In this document: one piece after another, positions 35,549-47,131 of the stretch | Numbering within the stretch: position 1 is the first letter of the stretch | Layout of the letters: each line of letters starts with the position of its first letter | Source of the DNA: Azolla caroliniana | Taxonomy: Eukaryota > Plantae > Polypodiophyta | NCBI GenBank assembly: GCA_043228905.1 | Contig: JBHGNT010000003.1 | Coordinates: forward strand, 7,316,001-7,380,000 | Length of the DNA: 64,000 bases | Reading direction: 5' to 3' | Notes under the pieces: model-generated | Told to the model about the DNA's origin: nothing | The model's database searches: none | What the model saw: the letters and a program-made list of their open reading frames with translations, nothing else | Position numbers and translations under genes: made by a program

Positions 35549-36299
35549 TGGTTCAAGGCCCCAATGATCCCGCCTCTTTCTACACGCACGCACGTAACAA
35601 CGCGACAACAGGCATGTGAAGGCTAAGTCAGGAATTGGCCGTGGCTCCTACCTTACGCATTGTGGGCGGACCGAACTACGCAAAGTTTAGTAACCGGGTT
35701 CATGCCGGCGGAGCTGATGTATAGGCAGAAGCCGATCATGCCGATGGAACGAACAATCTCCTTATGGGCCGCGGTGGACTGGAGAGACGAGATGAGCCAG
35801 GAGGAGTTGTTAGCGGCGCAAATCCCACAACTCGAGCGAAGACTGGAGGACATGGAACGAGCAATGGCGAAGCTGCGCGTGGCAAGGACAAAGAACAACA
35901 GGCGACTCGACCGGACTCATCGATTACGACCAAAGAAAATCGAGGAAGGCGACTAGGTTCTGGTCTACGACAGTAGCCTCAACAACCAGCACAAGGCGAT
36001 GCGGAAATTTACGAGGAGGTGGTTCGGGCCTTACGCGGTGACAAGCGCCAACAACAACGGCACCTACCATCTCGCGAAGCTCGACGGAACGAGAATAGTT
36101 GTGCCGGTGGCCGGGAAGAGGATCAAGGTGTTCAAGAAGCGGCACAAGGACGAACCGAACCCAGAGGACATGGGTAGCGACGGTGACCGGTTTGGAGCGG
36201 ATGGCGATCCGGAGAACAAAAGATAAGCGCAGGCCGGTCTTCTCTAGCAAAGGTCTATTCTGGCGCATACCGGTGGATGCGCAGTTAGGTGGGGGCAGA

Positions 36300-36944
36300 T
36301 GTTGTGGAGAAAACCGTCCCTAAGAGGAATCAGTGAAATAGTGTGTGTGAACCGGCCCTTACACGCGGGCACATGTTTTGATGTATTGTACATAGTTAGG
36401 TACAAGTCGGCGATGTGAATATCCTAGGTAGCGAGTATTCATTAGGTAGGGAATCGAGGAGTATCTCTATCCGTAAAGATAGAGAATAAAAGCGATGTAA
36501 CAAACTATAACGTCCCTCTCCCCTTGGGTTATTAAAGGAGAGGAAAAGGGATTGAAGGGGGAATCACGTTGTCGAGGACGAAGTGTTGTCGGACTGGGAC
36601 CGAGCTCTTCTCCTCTTTCTTTCATCGCTCTCTACAAGTTTTGGGCAGGCTGCCTCTACTTCGTGGAAAGCCTAAGTGTTTCCGACAGAGGCTCCATCTT
36701 GCATTGTCTGTGTGCGTTGTGTGAGTTGGTGTCAACGCTCCATTAGGCTAGCCGGCTGTAATCTTGATCATAAGTATATATTAGCCTTATTCGTTGTTCG
36801 ATCTTCGTTGTGAGTTCTCTGTGTATTTGTGCGCGCAGCTCGGCCGTGGTTTTGTGTCGCTGCTCCCTTCGTTCGGTTACTCCCCGGTTTAGGGCCCCCG
36901 TGGTTCCACCTTGGTTTCTCCTGCACGTGCAGAATAACACGACA
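36300..36944 (+). repeat. 3' LTR of Gypsy A
   Basis: Follows a G-rich tract; TGTTGTGGAGAAAACCG..AACACGACA resembles the Gypsy B LTR termini. Confidence 0.85.
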
Positions 36945-38029
36945 ACGCAGTCAAGTGGATACTCTGGTACTTGAAAGGCACCACGAGTATGTGCCTCTTG
37001 TTCGGCTCCGGTAATCCTCAACTTGACAGATTCATGGATTCAGATATGTCGCCTGATGTCAGCCGGTCTACATCCGGATATGTCATGACTTATGCAGGGG
37101 GAGTTGTTTCATGGCAGTCGAGGCTGCAGAAGACGGTTGCGTTGTCAACCACGACGGCGGCATACATGGCAGTTGTAGAAGCTGGTAAGGAGATAATATG
37201 GATGAAGGACTTCATCGGAGAGCTAGGAATCCAACATGAGGAATATCGTCTCTACTGCGACAGTCAAATTGCCATCCACCTTGCAAAGAACGCGGCCTAC
37301 CATTCCCAGATGAAACATATCCAACAAAGGTACCACTAGATCCGGGAGAGAGTAGAAGATCAAGAGTTTGTGCTGACAAAGATCCACACAGATGAGAACA
37401 GGTCGGACATGCTGACCAAGGTCCTGACAACCGACAAGCTGGACGCATGCCGAAAGCAGATCGGCCTTTCAAGACATCCCATGCCGGAGTGAAGGGGGAG
37501 ATTGTTGGGAAATCGGTCCCTCTGGATGGGATCCGGTGATGAATAAAGAGGACCCGCTGAGATCCGGAAACCGGAGGAGAACTGGTGAGAACCGGAAGAG
37601 AAGACATATTTGTAAATATGTTTTGAGTAAACCTATTGAGGCTATATTTGTCAATAGCCCTAATTACATATAAGTATAAATATGACTTAGGGCAATCACT
37701 ATGATGAGTTGTTGTCATATTGTTGTATGTGTATAACTGTTGTATAGAGAGAGAGCGTGAGATACAGAGAGATACTCTGTTGTAACCACTGGTTGGCGAA
37801 GATACAGAGCTCGAGGTCGTTGCCTCCGAGGCTCTAATTGTACCTTTCTCCTATAGTGATAGTTGGAGCCCGTGGGCTCCCGCAATTTTTCCCTATTTGG
37901 GTTTTTCCACGTAAACATCTTGTGTACTTCCTTTTGTGTACTCTCCACTTCCCATTTTTGTGTTTGATTCTCATTGAAGTGATTGATTACTTGGTTGTGG
38001 CCGAGCTATATTCCACGCTATTCTCTACA
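36945..38029 (+). mobile_element. 3' end of an old Copia element (Copia C): RT end, RNase H and 3' LTR at 37503 to about 38029. It hosts the whole left nest.
   Basis: AVKWILWYLKG..RSTSGYVMTYAGG..KHIQQRYH closely parallels Copia E. PPT GAAGGGGGAG; the LTR starts TGTTGGGA. Confidence 0.88.
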
Positions 38030-39033
38030 ACTCATACTTATGAATACCATCTGACTTTACTCCATCGTCCACAATAATCCCAACCTCATGAAGACATTGA
38101 CGGTAAAGGGTTGGAAACAACTTTGGTCCAACTCTTTGCTTGACGTCTAAGTATTCATGGTGAAAAAATCGGATGCGCTCGATCAGAGACATCTTTCAGC
38201 GGTAGTCGTTGTCGTTGTTATGGTCCCATGCCACTAACTTCACCTCGTCTGTTGTAAGGGACACGTAAATTTTACATTCAACATACTTAAAGAAGTATGT
38301 TGTGAAATGTTCTCTTACTAACTACCTTCTTGCTTCTACCAAGTGTGATCCCCCAATGACATAATAATTATATTGGTCGTGTTTTCGTACATCAAACTCT
38401 TCTAAACATGAACACTCATCAAGATCAACCATTACGATGAATGGTACCATTGTTGCATGGGGATTAAACTTCATTTTCGTTTTGAGGTTCTGAACATGCA
38501 GTTTGTGAGGCTCTCTAATCTCCAATGGTCAACGTCCAAACTTCTCATCGACATGTGGGTGATGGATGTGAGTAATGGGAAGGTTAAAGACCTGGCCTTT
38601 CCGCGCTAGCTTTTTCTGTATTATCTCTCTCCTAATTTTATTCTGTTCAGATGAAAGAACACCAGATGACAACTCTGCCCTTGGTGTTGTTCTCGTCTCT
38701 TCGTCATTCATTGAACTTGACAACGATGACTCGGATAATTTGGTCACTTCCTTTTTGGCGGGCCTTGACTGCACTGGCATCTTTTTGGGTGTGGCCTTAA
38801 TCGGCGAGGGTGAGCGGTCTTTTAATGAAACATGTCCTTGTATGTATGGCCGAAGTGTTGTGATCAAATTATCGGACTACCCAATTGCTAATCTAAAATA
38901 TTCGGGATCGCATGAGTCCTTCACTAATAGGTCTTCAGACACAAACATCTTGTGAACTCCCTTCAAGCAATTGACTAGAAGAATTAGGTTCAGGGAGTCG
39001 GGGTCTTCATAGTCCAATCTCAATATTTGGCCG
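38030..39033 (-). pseudogene. Decayed gene with a ParB/Sulfiredoxin-like domain (middle part)
   Basis: One minus-strand frame with scattered stops: LEIREPHKLHVQNLKTKMKFNPHATMVPFIVMVD..YNYYVIGGSHLVEARR*LVRE..CKIYVSLTTDEVKLVAWDHNNDNDYR*KMSLIERIRFF. Confidence 0.6.
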
Positions 39034-42000
39034 TGTAAAAGATTATGTGGGAAAGCGTCAGACAAACCGGCCTAGCCGAGTAGCAACAGAGAGAGAGAGA
39101 GAGAGAGATTAACACGCAGCAAAGACGCAGTAGAGACAAAGAAAGAGCAGAACGTTTAAAAACATTATTACAAAACAATAATAGTTCTTTGTACATTCAA
39201 CGTGCTCAACAGCACTGTTTATACAAGGCCTAAGAGGATTAACAGAAGTACAGTGGACTTCAATGCTCACACGAGCGTCTGACACTAACTACAAGACGTT
39301 AACTACATAGTAGTCTAGGCTTCTACTAGGCTTCTGGTTACTACTCGATCCGGTTAACCGGCTCCTTAGCTCACCGGCTCATCCTTCCGGATGCCGATCC
39401 GGGTCCGGTTGAGCTTGCCGCTCAACACTCCCCCTCAAGCTCAACTTGAGGTAGGATCATAGTGTTAGTCTCCATGGCAGTAGGTCCTTCCACCCGGCTC
39501 CTTCTGGCGTCATTCCGCCTCGCTCGCGCTCCTCATCCGATCCGGTCCCGTTTGCCGCAACCCTTCTGATTCTGCGCACCTTGACCTCCTCGGTCTGCTT
39601 GTCCGCCCAACAAACCCAATTCAACTCCCTCGCTGATGTGACTTCGGCGTTTGCCAATTCGCCGATTCCTTCGTGTTGGCATCAACTTTCACTGCCTTCT
39701 CGTCCTCTTGGCCTTGAATTGATCCGGTTCTTCCAAATCCGTCTATTGAACCGAATCAGTTGTTTCCGATTCATTCCAGCTCTTGTCTAAATCAGTCACT
39801 CCCGATTCGTCTTCCGGTTCCAGGCCCTTCACCACATCGGATCATGTCCAGGTCTTGGCCTTCTTCTTCCGGCCGGCTCTGTCCTTCCTGACTCTTCCGC
39901 CACTACCGCTTGCTCCGATTTTTTCAGATGTGTGAACTTCCTTTGTCGACTCGGCTCCTTTCTTCTTCTTGTCTCTCCCTTTGTCGGTTCTTCCCTCATC
40001 GGCGCAATCGACAGTTCCTTTGCCTTTGCCTATTCCAGTGTCTTCAATCGTTCTCCCCCTCAAGTGTGGCACGTCGAGATGCTGAACACGAAGCATTTCG
40101 GTGAAGTGTTGCAACTTGTCCGATCCGAGCAATTTGGTGAAGATGTCGGAAACTTTCCAACTCGTATGAACATACCGAAGTTCGACTTCACCCTCAGGAC
40201 ACGCTCACGCGTGAACTGGTAGTGCACTTCTATGTGCTTTGTGTGAGCATGGAATACGGGGTTCTTTGTGAGCTGCATGCAGCTTATGTTGTCGCAGTAG
40301 ATCGGGGTCTGGGTCGGCACCTCGATCCACAGGTCTTGCAGCCGTCACCAAAGCCAAATGGCTTCACAGGTGGCAATAGTAGCGCCCCGGTATTCAACCT
40401 TAGTGCTCGAAAGGGCCACTGTTGTCTGCTTTTTGCTGCTCCACGCAACAGCCGCGCTACCAAGGGAAAACATATAGCTAGAGGTGGATCGGCGATCTGA
40501 TGCATCGCCGGCCCAGTCGGCATCGGTGTAGCCAATTAGCTCTTCGATTATACCATGCTGGTATAACAATCCCCAGTCCTTCGTGCCACTCACATATCGC
40601 ATAATTTGATGCACGCACAGAAGGTGCTCCATGGTCGGCTTCTGCATATATTGGTTGATCACGCCGACCGGATAACTGATGTCGGGTCGGGTGATTGTCA
40701 AATATATAAGGCTTCCGACAATTTGTCGGAACCGCTTCTCATCGCAGGCCGGTCCGGAGTCGGGATAGAGCTTCTGGTTCCGGTCCAGGGGTGTGGAGAT
40801 CGGTCGGCATTCCGTCATGCCGAACTTGTACAACATATTCAACACATAGTATCTTTGTGAGAGAAATATGCCGTCGGGGGTTCGGATCACCTCGATCCCA
40901 AGGAAATAGTGAAGGTCCCCCATGTCCTTCATTTTAAATGCATCCGACAACTGGGACTTGACTCAACTAATTTCATCGAGTCCGGATCCGGTGATGACTA
41001 GATCATCAACATACAGCAAGATGCAAACCGAACCGTCCGGACCTTGCCAGATGAACAAAGAAGAGTCAGATCTGGAGGCCGCAAATTCCATCTTAGGCAA
41101 TCGTGCGTGATCTTCGCATTCCAAGCTCGGGGGGCTTGCTTCAAGCCATAAAGTGACTTCTTCAGCCAGCATGCCGCCGACTTGGTCATCTCCGACTGGA
41201 AACCAGGCGGTTGGGTCATAATGACCTCTTCTTCAAGATCACCTTGAAGAAATGCATTCTTCACGTCCATCTGGTGAAGATGCCACCCCCTTGTCGCAGC
41301 ATTTGCTAGCACCACACGAACCGTCGTCATCTTCGCTACCGGAGCGAATGTCTCGTCATAGTTGATTTTGTGGGTCTGCGCATATCCCTTCACCACTAAC
41401 CAGGCCTTGTACCAGTTAACCAAACCTTCGACATTGTACTTTACCTTGTACACCCACTTACATCCGATCAGTTTACAGTGTCGGGGAGGGTCAACTAGGT
41501 CCCATGTGTTGTTGGCATCAAGTGCCCGCATTTCTTCCTCCATAGCGGCACGCCAATTTGCATACTTTGTCGCTTCTGTGTAGCTCTTTGGCACACAATT
41601 CTGCCACCTTGGTCATGTATGCATAGTGATGCGCCATGTACTCATTGTACCCGTACCGCGTAACGGGGTTCTTCAGGCAGGATGACCGGCGTAACTTGGT
41701 ATTACCCGGTTTGGGACCCTTCTTGTCCAGGTCGGACTTCGTTCCCGAAGCTCCGCCTTCATCCTTTCCTGAGTCGGATTCACTCCAATCCGACTCATCG
41801 TTGCCGGTTTCGTATTCCGGCATCCTCCTCTTCCCCTTCTCTCTGCGTGTGAACCGTCTCCTCGGTTCCTTCTACGGGGAGAGCACGGCAGAGTCTCCAC
41901 TACTCGCCGGTTCCTCATCCGACTGGTCATCCCGACTCAGCCGCTCATTCGGTCCACTTAGCCGGAATGAGATCAGACTCTCTTTTGGAGTGCCAAAGTC

Positions 42001-44501
42001 TTCATCTTCTACCTAAACCTCCTCGGGCTCACTAGCCTCATCTTCTGGTATTGGGTCGGGGTCGGAAGTTGGAGCCGGTAAAGAGTACCATGATGTTGTT
42101 TTATCAACCTCAACATCTCGGCTAACTCGGACCTGCTTCGTCCAGGGGTTGTAACACTTATACCCCTTTTGCTCATGCGAGTAACTGACCAGGATGCATT
42201 TCTTCGACTTTGCATCCAACTTCCTCCGCTTCTCATCCGGTACATGCACATATGCAATGCTACTGAATATCCGAAGCTGACTCAAATTTGGCTTGCGCCC
42301 GAAATATAGCTCATGCGTGGACACCTTGTCACCAATCCGGTTTTGGATATAGATGGCTGTCCGGACCACCTCAGCCCAGTAGAAATGGGGCATGCTCTTC
42401 TCCTCCAACATTGCCCTTGCCGCGTCGACAATCGACCGGTTCTTCCTCTCGGCCACACCGTTTTGCTCTAGTGTGTATCTGTAGTAGAACTCTCTCTTAA
42501 TTCCTTTTTGCTGCAGAAAACTGTTGAATTGGCCAGAAAAGTATTCTTTCCCACCATCTGACCGTAGGCACTTGATCTTCCTCTCCATTTCCTGTTCAAC
42601 CAGGCTTTGCAGGTTCCAGAAACACTCGAAGACTTCGCTCTTCCGCTCAATGAGGTAGATCCATGTGTGTCAGTTGTAGTCATCAATGAAGGAGACCAAG
42701 TATCGACTCCCACCAAGACTAACATTTTGTGTCGGTCCCCATACATCCGAATGAACAAGATCGAGCTTGTTACTGTTGCGGTTTCATTCGGTGGGGAATG
42801 GAAGCCGGTGTTGCCTCCCGAGTTGGCAGGCTTCACATATTTGGACCTTCCGGCCACTGAACTTTGGCAAACCCAAAACAACTTGTTTCGTTTGCAGGTC
42901 TTGAAGCCTCTGGTAATTGATGTGGCCAATCCGCTTGTGCCAGAGATCAATATCCGACTCAATCTTCTGTCCTTTGGCAAACAAATCGGTGCCGACGTCA
43001 TTGGTGTTGAGGATGAACATCCTCCCATCTTTGTGCCCTTGCTCAATAATCTGGCCCTCTTCCTCGATGAAGCACCCAAGGTGCGTAAACCGCACCTACA
43101 TCCCCTGGTCAACGATCTGACCGACTGACACCAAGTTCTTCGTGATAGTCAGAACGTGTAATACATTCATCAGCTTCCCCCTCTATCCGACGTCGCTCGA
43201 AGGGACTTCTCCGACATGCACGATTGGGTGAGGAGTGTCGTCTCCGGTTTCGATGACTCCTAGTTGTTCCGGTTTCTCTAAAAAGGAGAACCACTCTTTG
43301 TGGCTCGTCATGTGATTCGATGCACCGGAATCAACATACCACACTTCCTCCGATTTGTAATTGGTCTTCTTCATCGAGTTAGCCTCATGTTTCATCACCA
43401 AGGCTATCCCTTTACCGGCTTTTCCGGTTTTGGATCCTCCCGATCCTTCTGCATAGTGCGAGTATTGTCGGTTCTCTTTGCCGGCTTTGCCAGATCCGAA
43501 TCTGTCCGAATCGGCGCGCTTCTTCCAGCACTCGCTTTCTCTATGGCCCTTTTTACCACAATACCAGCATTCTGTGTCAGCCTTTGCTTGCCGGCCTTCG
43601 GCGCCGCCTTGACTACCCCTACTTGTGGAGGGTCCGGAATTGCTGTCGGCACGTTCTCTGTGCCTTCGGTCCTACTCTTGCCTGCCGCTACCATTGCGAG
43701 TTGATCCGCCTCATCCACCACACCCACGAGGCCAATCTGCCTCCGTGTAAAACATCTGGATGTCAGTGAGTGCACTTGTTGACGCGGCGGCGTGGTTCTC
43801 CTCTACAAGGAGCATCGACTGTAAGTTGAAAAATGATGGCGTATTCTCCCTTGTACAGACCGCCGTTCGGAAAGCTCCGAACCTGGACGCTAGCCCACCA
43901 AGGCACACTTGCACCATATCTTCCTCCTCGATGTTCACATTGACGGAGGCGAGTGAGTCACATATTTCCTTGATTCAGGCCGTGTAATCGGCCACAGACA
44001 GATTTTTCTGTCGGACATTGCTGAGCTCCTACCTGAGCTGCAGCTTCCTGGCCGTTCTGCTTGTGGCGAAAACCTTCTTCATGTTTCCCCAAGCTTCTTT
44101 TGGCGTCTTGGCATCTCGAACATGGCTCAGCAGTTGGTCTCCGACACTGGATGCAAAGCAGTACATCACTCTGCTTGCCGCTTGTTCCCACAATGGGAAG
44201 TCCTTGTGTACCGCATCAGGAGTTGTGTCGTTAGTTCCGTCGACATAGCTCCAGTAACCATGCCCAAGTAGGTACCGGTGCATCTGGTATGACCAAGATG
44301 CGTAATTGGATCTGTTGAGCTTCTCCACTGGGAGCGAGCTAGCCATCCCTCCGTCCATCACTTCTCTTTCTGTTCTTATCGGGTCTTAGGGTTTGTCTCC
44401 AGATGTTGACGTCGACTATAGAGGTTCTCAACCCTCGCGCTCTGATACCATGTAAAAGATTATGAGCGAAAGCGTCAGACAAACCGGCCTAGCTGGGTAG
44501 C

Positions 44502-44552
<51 letters not shown>

Positions 44553-44928
44553 ACACGCAGCAGAGACAGAGAAAGAGTAGAACGTTTAAAAACTCTATTA
44601 CAAAACAATAATAGTTCTCTGTACATTCAACATGCTCAACAACACTATTTATACAAGTGACGGGAACTGAACGCTCCGTATGCGCAACGCTCGGCCACAA
44701 CCGAGCTTAGAATGATACACAGAAAAACAGGAAATAAAACACGACACAAAGAAGAGGAAGATACACAGGAGGTTTACGTGGAAAGCCCCAAACTAGGGGA
44801 AAAACCACGGCAGCCCACAGGCTGCAAACTGTCACTATGTAAGAATGTACAATAGTGAGTTCACTGAGGCAACGACCTCGTGCTCACAGATCTTCGCCAC
44901 AGGCGGCGGTTACAACAGAGGCAACGAC

Positions 44929-44959
<31 letters not shown>

Positions 44960-45669
44960 CCTCTCTCTGTGTGTACAGTTACGCACACTCTCTATTCTTG
45001 CACCAACAAGAATGACAACGACACTAACACATATTTGCCCTAAGTCATATTTATACTAATATGACTTTTCGGCTATTTAGAAATATAGCCTCGATGGGCT
45101 CTCAGAAACATATTTACAAATATGTCTCTTCCTCCGGTTCTCACCGGGCCTGCACCATCCAGCTCTCCGTAGCCGGGTACTCCTCATCTGGTTCACACCG
45201 GGTCTGCACCATCCGGCTCTCCGTAGCCGGGTACTCCTCATCCGGTTCACACCGGGTCTGCACCATCCGGCTCTCCGTAGCCGGGTACTCCTCATCCGGT
45301 TCACACCGGGTCTGCACCATCCGGCTCATCGAAGCCGGGTACTCCTCATCCGATTTCAGCCTCGGCCGAGATTGTTCGTCGGCACTGTTCTTCTCCCTTC
45401 TCATCCGGAGGGACCTGTCTCCCAACAACAAGTCCTAAGAGGACTAACAGAAGTACAATGTACTGCAATGCTCACACGAGCGTCTGACACTAACTACAAG
45501 ACATTAACTACCTAGTAGTCTAGGCTACTACTAGGCTTCCGGTTACTGCTCGATCCGGTTAACCGACTCCCTAGCTCACAGGCTCACCGATCCGGCTCAT
45601 CCTTCCGGATGCCGATCCGGCTTAGGCTTATTCAGCCGATCCAGGTCTGGTTGAGCTTGTCGCTCAACA
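39034..45669 (-). mobile_element. Full-length degenerate Copia F
   Basis: LTRs at 39034-39427 and 44451-45669 (interrupted), TSD GGCCG/AGCCG, PBS-iMet at 44439-44450. gag-pol fragments at 40060-44361 parallel Copia D. Confidence 0.93.
44658..45427 (-). mobile_element. Copia solo LTR inside the 5' LTR of Copia F
   Basis: TSD ACAAG. The minus strand starts TGTTGGGAGACAGGTCCC, like the Copia C/E LTRs. A 54-bp unit is repeated about four times at 45132-45352. Confidence 0.92.
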
Positions 45670-46010
45670 AGCCGTAACTAAACGGCCCGTCCTTGGCTAG
45701 CTATCCTTGACGTTTGTTACGAGAATTTAAAAGGACCACCTTCTTATTTGAGTTGATATACTAAATGACCCACTTGTGTTCTGTGTTGTCTTTATCGGCC
45801 AAGGTTCCCCCCCCCATGAGCAGCAAATGTTTTCCCTTGACTCACTTCGTATGATGGTTGCCTAACTAGGTCATCATCAAATAATAGTTTCTTCCCTTTT
45901 TGCGTATACATGAGAGGAAGGAGTTTGGAGTTGTCAATGGGAGAGCTTTGATATTTTAGTCTAATTTTCTTTACCGGGCACTCATCCTGGGGATCAGTAG
46001 AGCTACTGGC
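45670..46010 (-). pseudogene. N-terminal part of the ParB-like gene
   Basis: Joining across the Copia F TSD reads ..LAKDGPFSYG|QILRLDYEDPDS.. in frame. The 5' boundary is uncertain. Confidence 0.5.
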
Positions 46011-46343
46011 GTAGTAAAATAGAAAGACTCAAGAAATGGGCACTAAGAATGCTAAAAAGTGTTTATTACGTTATAAAATAGACCAATAATTCTATGTTTA
46101 TTATGTTTAAAAGGGTTTTAAAATTGTAAAAAATGCAAAATTGTATGTTTATCACGTTTAAAAGGGTTTCAAACAGGCAATTCTGCCACAAAAGGCAAAA
46201 TTCTATGATTAAATTACGTTAAAAGGGTTTCAAACCGGTAGTTTTGCCAAAAAATGCAAAATTCTTACACAAAACCTAAAGCTAAAAAACTTTGATTTAA
46301 TTGTTAAATCCACTATTATTTGTCAATAATGCCTTGAGTTGAT

Positions 46344-46504
46344 GCACATATGTGCCCCAACTCGATACTTGGTATCGAATTGGTGCTAATATGCCCCAAT
46401 TCGATACTTAGTATCAAATTGGGGCATATTAGCATATTAGCACCAATTCAATACCAAGTATCAAGTTGGGGCACATATGTGCCCCAACTCGATAATTGGT
46501 ATCA
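46344..46504. repeat. Array of four imperfect palindromes (CCAAYTCGATAC-NNN-GTATCRARTTGG) with GCACATATGTGC / GCTAATATGC linkers
   Basis: Visible directly; units start near 46357, 46396, 46443 and 46484 (the last is truncated). Confidence 0.9.
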
Positions 46505-47131
46505 TAAATAAAAGATTCCTATATACGGGGCAATTGTAAAATGTCTATACAGTTCAGGTTGTGTACCTGGAATCTGTGTGAGGCATCTTCTTCGACGACA
46601 TGGTTGGATGTGTTGTGTTGTGTTGCTGGTTCAGATGTTGTGGCATACCGAGTTGTTGTCGTTCTTGCGCTCATGTTCTCTCACGCTCAGCTATCTCACA
46701 CTCATTCTCTCTCATGCTAGTGGTCTCTCATGCTTTGTGAATAGAAAAGAAAAACCAACGTTAGGTTAGTTAAACTTGACCACAGTTAGTTATATAGTTA
46801 GATAGGTACATAGTTAGTTAATCACTAGTTGACGAGTACACACAGTTAGTTATATACATAGTTTTATAGTTACATACTTAGTTATATATTTATACTTTCA
46901 TATCTAAGTTATGATGTAAATATTTATATATATGACCTAATATATTTAAATAGATATTTGATTAATTCTATATATATATTTATATGTTTGTGTTTACCTT
47001 CAGTCATTTGTTATATGCTTTAATACATTTCTCTAGAGCACCTCATTTGAACAATAGTGAGTCATTTAAGAGAATCTTCTAACAGTGTGAGAATGACTGA
47101 TAATTCACCATTTTCTGTGGAATAATATCGT

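Larger units (their letters stand above)
13604..35607 (+). mobile_element. Full-length degenerate Gypsy B (non-chromovirus, tRNA-Trp PBS), inserted into the Gypsy A integrase
   Basis: 5' LTR is 13604-13815 plus 22730-23180; 3' LTR is 34215-34499 plus 35202-35607 (TGTCGTGAAG..CGCGACA). PBS TGGTGAACCCGACGTGA at 23185-23201. Flanks ATGG/ACAG fit an ACGG TSD after CpG decay. Confidence 0.92.
3552..36944 (+). mobile_element. Degenerate non-chromovirus Ty3/Gypsy element (Gypsy A), in pieces 3552-4683, 5403-5957, 11423-13603 and 35608-36944
   Basis: The pieces are colinear with Gypsy B: gag/protease (3552-4623), RT with PFLDD (11423-12460), RNase H and integrase (HFKWVVD, TAYNPEANGKVERGH). Integrase resumes in frame at 35608. 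3' LTR at 36300-36944. Confidence 0.88.

Noticed and set aside
45061-45438. Repeat-containing ORFs on both strands
   Set aside because: They are translations of the 54-bp LTR tandem array.
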